DNA from: Paraspadella gotoi
Lineage: Eukaryota; Animalia; Chaetognatha
NCBI GenBank assembly: GCA_051294375.1
Contig: CM119267.1
Span: 23,460,257-23,524,256, forward strand
Length of the DNA: 64,000 nucleotides
Reading direction: 5' to 3'
In this document: positions 29,792 through 46,441 of the stretch, piece by piece
Position numbering within the stretch: position 1 is the first letter of the stretch
How the letters are laid out: each line of letters opens with the position of its first letter
Made by a program: the position numbers and the translations under genes
Notes under the pieces: model-generated
What the model saw: only the letters and a program-made list of their open reading frames with translations
What the model was told of the DNA's origin: nothing
Database searches by the model: none

Positions 29792-32387
29792 ACCGTAAAT
29801 AATGTACGAGAAATAATACATCTGCCCAAATTCATCACTTCGTTTCTAAACTCTCTAATACAGCTCTAATTATTACTCTACGTTATATATCACTTGTAAT
29901 CTACATGTCTCCTCATATAAAGAACTCTTCTTCTTACCACACCTCTTATTATTTACTGCAATATGATGCCTTTTTCACTAAATACGGTACATATTCTCTC
30001 TCTCTCTATATCGTTATTTCCTTTTCTCTTCCAAATCATTAGAACTTCTTGTCGTCGGTCAAAAATACTATAATATATTCACTTTTTAGTTCATTTACAA
30101 TCGTTTCTACTAACTCGATATTATAATCATCAATATTAACCACTTTCCTATATTTCTTATATTAAATGCATCTTTTCGCCCTTCATCTACGTCGCCCACC
30201 TCGAGTCTCCACTATCTCATATGCTCTCGACCCTGACTATAAGCATAGTACGCTATATGACAAAAATACTTGATGTTCAGAATATAACTCAGTGATGATA
30301 TCGCACAAGATGCAAGTCTCCATCATAGTACTCCCACCTATGCAGATTTAATCTCTCCTGCCTAAGTATCAATTATATCCCTGTTAATTCTCTCGCTCGA
30401 TCCAAATCCTCGTGTATATTCACTTATATTCTCCCGCTTTCTACGAGTGCGTCAGGATATTTGTTGTCTCACCAAACACCCCACATCCTCAGTACTATAT
30501 ATCCCTCTCTCATCACGCGCAGTCTCCGCTGAATCAACACGCTGCATCATCTCGATACTCACTGTATCCAGTTCCCTGCTCTTCTTCCGGACGCGCATAT
30601 GCGCGCATCTTAATACTCGGTCACGCACTGCCGTGATCCTCTCTTCTTGCTTGCGAGACGCAAGACAACTCTGTGCTTCTTTCGTAGAGCGGGCCTCATG
30701 CAGGGTTCGATCTCAGGACCTCGGTCGAAATGACTCTCTCGCTCACAGACGTCCTACACAGTATTAGGCTCTTTTATTATCAATTCAAAGAGTGTGATGG
30801 CATATATTCTGGTACTTTCCTCTCTTATGTCCCAATTAAACTGTCTCTCTCTCCAATGATCTGAATGGAACCAGCACTCCCACTGCTGGAAGCCTCGGGA
30901 GACCGGAGCTGTCCCAATACTGCGATATCTTCAATCTAAAACTGATTTGGCTTTTTCCACAAACTCTCCCTTCCAGATTCGAAATGTGGGGAGAGAAAAT
31001 CTCTTAGTCATTACAATGGCAATCCAGATACACTAATGCATCATCTGTAAGAAATCCGTCCAATCTCCAAAAATCCTACATTCCAACACCTCATGATCTG
31101 ACATGAACAGATAAGGCGACTCCCTTCTTCTGATGAGAAGTTGCAGTCCATTTGTTCTCTCCTTGTCGTGTTGAAAACCAGCTTCCTTTCGGATACGACC
31201 TGTCTCATTTCTTCTCTTGTTCTTGAAACTATCTCAATCAATCCTCTCTAATCTAACAGGTCACGCATTGTCCTTCCATCTGAGCTCTTGGCCTTACCAA
31301 GAAGCACCCCTAGGCTTTGCTGCTGGATCTTATCTCTCCATGATGTTCTCTACCCAGAACAAATCCTTTCTTTCGGCAATAGTGCGCAAACCTCTAGCAT
31401 TACCACTACTTTCATATGGGAATGATTTTCACGCGGAGTGTATCCACAGTGAGGACAGAAAAAGCAAAAAAAAAATTTTTTAGAGATAAATATCGAGACA
31501 AAGTAAAATGATGTGAATTTATTTTAGCATAACATCGAGCGAATAAAAAAACGACTTTTTATGAACTACCTTTGATTCCAAATGATCTGAAGGAAGTGAA
31601 AGGGAATGGAATTTAGGCGAGAATTCCATTATTGACATTTTTGCAATTTACTGAATTCTTTCCCAGCAATCTCACTCGGCTATGCTACTAAATTTCAAAA
31701 ACAAAATACATATTTCATAAATGATACATATATCAATTCTCTCATTGATAAAGAAATACACAAATCAGTTTTGAATGTTTTAATTAATGTGGAAATAAAA
31801 AATGATTAAAGCAGTAATTTGACGATTAAGGAAAATGATCGCACTATTGCGTCTTTTTTTTTTTCGGTCGACACAGTTGTGAATCACCCTTCACTCACCT
31901 TCTTCTTGAAGACATTATAAGTGTTGTTGTGTTGTCTCGTTAATCTTATAAAAACTGATAATGACCTCATGATGATTAGCCATAGAACCAATCAACGCCA
32001 TGAACATAACTATTCTTCACTCCACCTAGACCCCCTAAGAGCCTACAAACCAGCGCTTAATTCCTTCATCTAAAGTAGTATTCGCCTTCGAAGCATGAAC
32101 AACTTCACCATTCTCTTCCTTGATACTCTCAGTTCATCTGTGTTTTCAAGCACAGTTCCCTTGCTTAGCTGGGCACGTTTCCTCACTGTGGCTCTCCCAA
32201 CTTCTATCAGTCAGTCTATTGTACTTTTTATATCAGCAGCGTAACTTCAGCTGTAACCTCATGGGCAACAATGCCTTACACGTTGATCAAAAAATACATT
32301 CTCAAAATTCGAGTACTCATGGTTCAACCCATATTCCTCGACCAGTTTTAATACCTGCCACTTTAAGCAGAGCCAGGATTCCAAGGC

Positions 32388-38920
<6,533 letters not shown>

Positions 38921-39376
38921 CCAATGTTCTCTCCCATTCTCCTTCGTTTCTAAATCTCTTTCCGCCTAAAATCTCTTTTATACTTGAATACCTTTTCTCT
39001 TAAGATCTCTTTTAAACTTAAATATCTATCCTTTTCAAATCTCTTTCTTCCTTTCATTTTCTCTCTCCAAAATCTTATTCTTTCTCTCAAAAAATCTTTT
39101 TTCCTTTAATTTTCACTTTCCCGATTAAATCATAAATCCCTTTTCCCCCTAAATCTCTTTCCCCCTTCAATAATACCTTCCCCCTGATTCCATATCTCAT
39201 CCCGACAAACTTACTTTGAAATCTCCATCGAATCCGGATCATGCAGCAGCCTATAAACCCCCTGAGAAATTCCTCCCTGAAATACATTTACTTACCCTCA
39301 ACAAACCGGAATCGACTTTCCCGCGTGAGTCAGAATTGTTAGTCCAAACACCCCCTCTATCCCTCCTCTCCCCCAG

Positions 39377-40687
39377 CCCTCAAACCGACATCCGATCATG
39401 CTCCGATCCCGTCTCTTCCCGGCGAGCGCCTCGAGCTCTTCGGTCACGCAGCCGCTGACTTCGCGAGAGAGCGACTCGAGCCTCGTGAGCGGCTGCGGCG
39501 TCGTCGGCGGCGGAATGCCGCGTCCCGACTCCGGGTGTCAGTTGTGGAGTCCGGGCGGAGCGGAGAACGGCGCCTTCAAGAGAAGCTCGTCCGCGGATCT
39601 GCTGTGCAGGCGAGTGGAGATGGAGGAGAGGGTTGGGTTGAGGGAAGCGGTCGCAAAGGGTTCGAAGCGATTTACGATGGTGAGATAGTGCTGAAGGAAG
39701 TGATTGATTTAAAATCACGTGATCTCTTCTGTGAACTTTCCACAGTTTGCGTCACAGTCGATCAAATTTTTGAAAATATCTAAAAGCGTTTTCATTTCAC
39801 GCCATTTTTTTACTTTTCAATGATCAGCGATATTTAAAAATGAGTATTAAATGGAATTTTACTTTTAATTCAGTCGAACTTCGACTCCCGATCCTTTGGA
39901 TTCTCCCTACAGTCTCTCTCCGCTGCCGACGTCTCCCACGACGCCGCTCACAGGTCAATTCTGATTTTATTATTATCAGTTTATCACTTTTAAAAAAGTG
40001 GACCGCTAATGTCATTAGTAATGATATTTTTGTCATTTTATTGTCTTTTTTTTTTTTAAATTCATCGACCTATTTTCCTCGGCTTTATTTTCCCAGGACG
40101 CTCATTTTTATTTGGAGTTCAGAATTGAATTAATTTTTTGAATTTAATTTAAGATTTAAGTTTGTGTTTAAGGTTAGGGATTAGGGTAGTGTTTATGGTT
40201 AAAGATTTGGTTAGGGTTGGGGATTTGGGTTATTGACTTGTGTTTAGCGTTAGAGGTTACGGTTAGAAATTAGGGATAATGGTTTAGGGTTCAGGGTTCA
40301 GGGTTCAGGGTTCAGGGTTCAGGGTTCAGGGTTCAGAATTAGGTTAAGCCTTAACTTAAGGTTAAGGATTAGAATTAATCATTAGGGTAATGGATTCGGT
40401 TTAAGACTTAAATTTATTTTTAGGTTAAATATTAAGGTTAAAATTAAATTCTGGGATAAACCAACAAAAACGTTATTGTTGTTCCCCATCCCGATCCCCT
40501 TCCCCATTCCCCTTCCCCACCATTTTCACCCACCCACCTCACCACCTCCTTCCCCACTTCCAGGCGCGCCCCCGACGCGGCGTCGCCCCGCGGCGACGGC
40601 GGCGCCTTTTCTCGATCCAAATCGACGCCGGTGGATAAACTGGCGCTCTACGAACCGAAAGGGATGCTGAGATTCATTGTGCAAAAG
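39377..40687 (+). CDS. Three phase-compatible internal exons of an unidentified gene
   Basis: Exons 39377-39679 (ccccAG / GTGAGA, phase 0-0), 39913-39953 (ccctacAG / GTCAAT, 0-2) and 40564-40687 (ccacttccAG / GTGAGA, 2-0). They join into one open frame: ...AFKRSSSADLLCRR...KRFTM-SLSAADVSHDAAHR-RAPDAASP...LALYEPKGMLRFIVQK. They are GC-rich against AT-rich introns. Confidence 0.45.
40165..40450. repeat. Degenerate telomere-like tract with a (GGGTTCA)n core, part of a dispersed element family
   Basis: About 7 x GGGTTCA at 40287-40336 within TTAGGG-like degenerate units. Related opposite-strand tracts lie at ~12960-13040, ~13985-14100 and ~52530-52670. Confidence 0.65.
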
Positions 40688-41166
40688 GTGAGAGACGATT
40701 TGAGGGTGAGACGAAATCACTGTGCCGAAATAATAATTACAATAAAGTCAATACAATCAATTCAATGCTGTGAAAGGGAAAGTTAATTTCGATTCTTTAA
40801 TATACTTGCAAATCTATTATACACATATTAAATAATACATATATATAGTAACTTCTTCAAACAGAGCAGTCGCTTCATGCTTGGAACCACGAAACAAAAG
40901 ATTTTATCGCTTGCCTTATCCCCTCGGTTTGAGGAACGCTTACCAAGCAACGGGAAGAAAAACCAAGCAAAGCCGGGGCTCAGCCAATCAAAGCCAAGCT
41001 AAGGAAAGGCAAAGCGATGCGAAAGAAAGTTAGGCAACGCTAGGATTAGCCAATCAACGCCAAGCCAAGCTTGAAAGGCGCCAATGAACGTCAAGCAACA
41101 AGTAAATCTAAACCATAAATTCGTCAAGTTTTTCGTCACGTGACTCATGACGAGGATTCGTTATCA

Positions 41167-41203
<37 letters not shown>

Positions 41204-41271
41204 GATTCGAGAATCCGGATCTGGAGAAGTCGTTAAACGTCGACGTTTCTTGCATCATTCATATCTCTCTC

Positions 41272-41319
<48 letters not shown>

Positions 41320-41322
41320 CTC

Positions 41323-41367
<45 letters not shown>

Positions 41368-41472
41368 ATTTATGGCGGGTCAAAGGTGGTCTCGGTTACT
41401 CGGCATTTCGTCGGATATCACTTTTAGGAGCAGAAGGATTAAAGAAAAGAGAGAGAGAGAGAGAGAGAGAGA

Positions 41473-41515
<43 letters not shown>

Positions 41516-42264
41516 CCATTCTTTCGTTAATGATTTCGACGTGAAAAGTCAGCAATATTTTTATCGAATTCAACACATGGTAACACATCAGAAAATCCTT
41601 AAGAGTAGATTAAAATCGCTGTTATACCGAATGGTAATAACCATTAGTTTACAAATTACTTCTATAATATATCTTATATTCTTCTAACTTTTACATTCTA
41701 TCTAAGTTTATTTCTTAATTTGCTTTTAATTAATTAATTTAATTGTATTATAACTATTAATCAACGATCTCTTCACGGTCCAGTCACCTTTTGAACAACT
41801 GGAAGCAGCTTCTTTGCTCGATTTCAAATAAACATGAATTTATGTCAACAGCCGGGTTGCCTGTTATGCCCATGGGGATGGGACATCTCGCTGTTGGCTT
41901 TGGGGGCTTCCGACCCTCAGTGACGCCTCCAGTCACTGGCGCGGTTACCCCAGGATGGTCTCGCTTTGCCTTAAAATTTTCCGTCATCACCAGCAAATCT
42001 CTCGCCGTCCTAATCACCCGCCCTCTCGAGAATCACCGATCTCCCGCCGATAAATAGTCACGTGATCAACTTCGCCGCTGAATAATCGATGGAACTTCGG
42101 AGTCCCGACGTCGCGGTTTGTCGTCGTTGTTGTTCGTTCTGATCGGTAGATTTGGGTCGGTTTGACTCTTTTTCGCCGATCTTAATGTCGCTCTTTTGCT
42201 TATTCGTCGTTATCGTCGTCGTCATCGCCTTCTTTTTCGTCGTCATAACGATACTTATGACTGA

Positions 42265-42347
<83 letters not shown>

Positions 42348-44138
42348 AGGAGAAGAGAGAGAGAAGAGAGAGAGAAAAGAGTTCATAACCGCATAAACTG
42401 TTTTTTGTATGACAGTAAAAGTTCGAGCCGATCTTCATCCAAGATAGCTCGAATGCTTTCAAATTTATTAAGCAAATACGTAATAGTACTTCAATAGTAA
42501 ACAATCTTTACAAGTCTCCGCAACGTTCCTAATCAACTTCAGAACTCATCACAACTGACCACAACTTTACACTGAATGCAATGAATCGAGTGACTACAGT
42601 GACCAGTGATGAGGCCAAGCTGGCGATTTAATAATTCATCACTCGGTTATACGCAAAAGAAGAGCTGGAATCGATCCCGGCACGAAAAATCAAGAATCTT
42701 GTTCGAGGCGACCGCAGGGCCCCCACTGCGATAAGATTCATTAACATTTGGGTCGTCGTCGTCGTTGTCATTTTTCGATCCAAAACTGGAATTTTCTTTT
42801 CCAAATTTCAAAGTCGTAACTGTATTTTTAAAATTTAATTTTATCCAAAGACCTACATTTATATATATATATAATTATATCTTATATAGTATATACTCTA
42901 TACTACTTAGACGCTGGAATTAACTCGAGTTTTAACTTGAATTAACTGATATGTTGAGATTTCGAAATGAAATAATGCGCTTTAAATTAGCAAATTAAGC
43001 CTGACCAAATATCTATTATATAATTAAATTGCGCATTCAGTAGAATTTGTGTCGATAAAAACATTTTGTGACAAATTAAATCGACAACTTCAATCACCAG
43101 GTGCAATTTATTAACAGCTGATTTTAAATAACAAATTCAAAAAAAAATCCTCACCCGGCGTAAATGTATATTTGTATAACTATAAGCGATAATAATCTTA
43201 AAACCGCGATGAGATGCAAACAAATGATATGCAAGAGACGATAAACGACGAATTAATCAACAAGTGATAGAACCCCATGATAAATTATGACATAACCGGC
43301 GAGAAAAACCGGCGCCGTGAAGCCTCCTATCGGCGGAGAAACGAAATGCGAGAAGAAATGAAGTCGATGAAGAGGAAATAAATGAAACGCGCTAGTTTTA
43401 ATGAAGCGGAATGAAGGGGGGGGAGAAGCGATCGAAGCGGAAAATGAAGCGAATCAAAGGGGGGGGGTGGAGGGGGGGAGGGGAGAAGAAGAGGGGGGAG
43501 GGGGGGGAGTGGGGGGCGAGAAATTGACGATTAGGAAAAAGAGTTTAACGTGCACCAATGAGAAGAAAAAAAATAACAATGTGTATTTTTATAATGCGTT
43601 TCTCAAATAATAATTATCGTAAAATTAATATTTTTTATTCAGGTATTGATTGCTAATTTGACGCTCCATATTATTCAAGTTATTATTTAAGCTATTATGG
43701 TGGACTAAAATCCACCATACTATGTACATGATTTAAAATTATTTATTATTATTTAAGATTTGCGCAACAGAAATCATGATATAAAAAATATCGTCGCACC
43801 ATAATTAAACTAAGTTTAAACAACAAAACAAAAGAAATTTAGTATTATGCGAAAAAAATTATGATTATTGTAAAATAAATTTTTATTATTCATTTATTGA
43901 TTAAAAATATTACGCTCTAAATAATTTAAATTTTAAGCAACAATTTGAGCAATGTAATTTGATTTACCTTCAGCCGTTTATAATTTATAATTTGAGCTTG
44001 GCTACAAAAATCAAAATTTTGTCGCACCATTCGTCTATAGATACGTATAGAAAGAAAATTAGAAAAATTAAAAGAAATTTATCGTTAACTGACTAAAACC
44101 AAATAAAACCAAATCTATATATATCTATGATTAAAAAT

Positions 44139-46441
44139 TCAAACGCTTAACTCCTCAAACATATTTCCAAAATAATCATCCATTTGATCCGATTCAGCCT
44201 TCTCTTCTTCAAAGTCTTTCGGATCTATTTTTATCCAAAATGAATGAATATCATCCGTAAATTCAAGCTCCAGTTTACATCGAGTGGAGACGATCTGCTC
44301 TTCCAGCGTTTTGTCAGGATCCAGAAAATATTGATCCGAAAATTTTTTCAACCTCAAGAATTTCACGTTTGCGACGACATCGATGGGAAGTTGGTCGACT
44401 ATTTTCAGGATAAGGTCCTTGACTGTCGAGCTTCTAGTCATTTTTAATCTGATCTCGGGGTTCTCTGCAACACCAATTATGGTGATAATTTTCTTATGGG
44501 AGATGTCCCTAGAGTCTTTCAATTCTTCTGGAGCTGTGCAACCCTTATTGTCAACCTCAACCCAAAAAGAATCTATGTCATCCCTATATTCCATAACTAA
44601 CTTGCAACTATTGTTGACGTTTTGCTCATTCAGACTCTGTTGAGGGTCCAGCAAACAATGACCTTGCAATGTTTTCAATCTTAAAAACATCATCTTTTTA
44701 ACAAAATTCTCTGGGAGATGACTCACTGCTTTTCTCATAAGATCTTCAATTGTTGAGCTACCTATGGCTTCCAACTCAAGCTTTGGTGTCTGCTTAATAC
44801 TCATTATTGAAAATGTAATGTCATCAACTGTTTTAGCAGTGATAGTTTCATTATCTGAGATAAACTGATCATTATGCAGTTTATTCCCTTCACTATCATA
44901 AATGAAATAATCTATTTTCGTTTTTGAGTAGATATGGTTTTTTAAAGCATTGACTTGAATAAGAGCCAAGACTGCATGTTGCTTTATTTGACATTCCTCA
45001 ATTTTCAGATCTTCGCCTGATGATTCAGGTTCAATTTGAACCGATACAACATTATATTTCTGTAATGGTAAAATCTTAAATGTGTCGTCGTTCATGCACC
45101 TTTCCTCCAGTCTTTGTTGCACTTCTCCAAAGATATCTAGTGTATCAGTCAAAACTTGATCAAACCACAGATCGTGACAGTCAAGCCAAGGAAATATTTT
45201 GTTAAGGTGCTGATGAATATCAACTTCCGTTGGATACAGCTTGCCGATCACTTTTTCAATTCCTTTCTGGTGCATCGCGTGTGTGCTGATGTTTCTCAAA
45301 AGACGACGAAGATCCGAAGCTATGATTATAACATATCCATTTGAATTTCCTTTCTCTCCCCTTAAGTATGAATAAAATTCCCTGGGAAGATGTTTCAACC
45401 AGTTTCCTTTAGATCCTATGACCAAAGCAGAATTTTTGTTGTACTTTTCTAAAAGAATTTGATTTACTTGGTTGTTCTCCACGACTGCAGATTTTATATT
45501 TTTGAAGAACTGATTAACCCGGTTCGCTCTTCCAACACTGATGGAAGGAACTTTAAAGATGAAATGCTCCAAGCATTTTCCCGCTGTGGGCCTTTTTGAC
45601 GCAACTGGGTAAGTCATGGCCATTACTAAATTTGCAATACCAATTTTGGCCTCGTATGGAGAAACAAAAAAAGACTTTAAACAGATTTTGTCGCTCAAAA
45701 TATTTTGGATTACCATATGGGATGGTTCAACTGCTCCTAAAAAAGGATGTTTTCCTATTAACAACTCCCCTAGTGTACATCCTAGCGCAAATACATCTGA
45801 AGCGTGATGTTGTTTTGGTGTCAATTTTACTTTAGATTCGTCCTCGGCTTTTAACATTTCGGGCGATCTGTAACATTTATGCCCCTGAATGGCAGTAGTG
45901 TCTGCTTTAAACATATCCATCTCTTTGCTGACCCCAAAATCACCAAGTTTTCCTGAAATTAAACCATCTCTTTGGTTTATCTTGATAAAACAGTTGTCCG
46001 GTTTAATGTCTCTGTGAACAATTGGCCGTTCTCCTGTACGCAGGTAATCCAAACCTGTTAAGAAATCTTTTGCAAGATCTAAAAATTGTTTTTCTCTTTG
46101 GTGAGGATCACCCGGTAACGTAAATCCATTAATAACGTCACGCAAAATAGCATCACATTTTTCCATCAGGAGATAACCACTCGGCGGTCGACTTGGTCCC
46201 TCTTCCATTGCTTCCCCCAAAAAATGAATAAGATTCGGATGCCTATCAAAACGCCTAATTATCTCGCACTGAATATTAAATTGCATTTTTTTAAAATTAT
46301 TTGTTAATGTCAAAATCTTTATCGCCACCCTGTTTGGCTCTCCGTATAGTTCGCCCTCATAAACGACAGGATTGTCATGAGTTTTATCTAAAGGCGCTTT
46401 ATAATCAATACTAAAGAGTTGTCCACTAGATGTGACTGTAC
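44139..46441 (-). CDS. Terminal exon: Ser/Thr kinase domain, KEN (IRE1/RNase L-type) ribonuclease domain, and C-terminal ubiquitin-like repeats
   Basis: Kinase motifs VYEG, VAIK, QCEI (helix-C Glu), HPNL, HRDIKPDN, GDFG, YRSPEML, SDVFALG, GKHPF, KRPTA..CLEHFIF. Then W..HL...F..YL...Y....SDLRRLLRNISTH...HLNKIFPWL, matching KEN motifs (IRE1 DLLRAMRNKKHH/YFTSRFPHL; RNase L DLLKFIRNLGEH/YFQKTFPDL). Two ~90-aa internal repeats follow (SST.xDL...FLRLK...LDP..xL.EQ...CKL..E..DDI.SFW). Confidence 0.92.

Noticed and set aside
40287-40336. True telomere or chromosome fusion site
   Set aside because: It is short, variant (GGGTTCA) and embedded in a dispersed repeat found several times in the window.
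41784-42260. Overlapping ORFs on both strands (e.g. AVDINSCLFEIEQRSCFQLFKR)
   Set aside because: Exon-like, but strand and frame cannot be resolved and no motif is recognisable.
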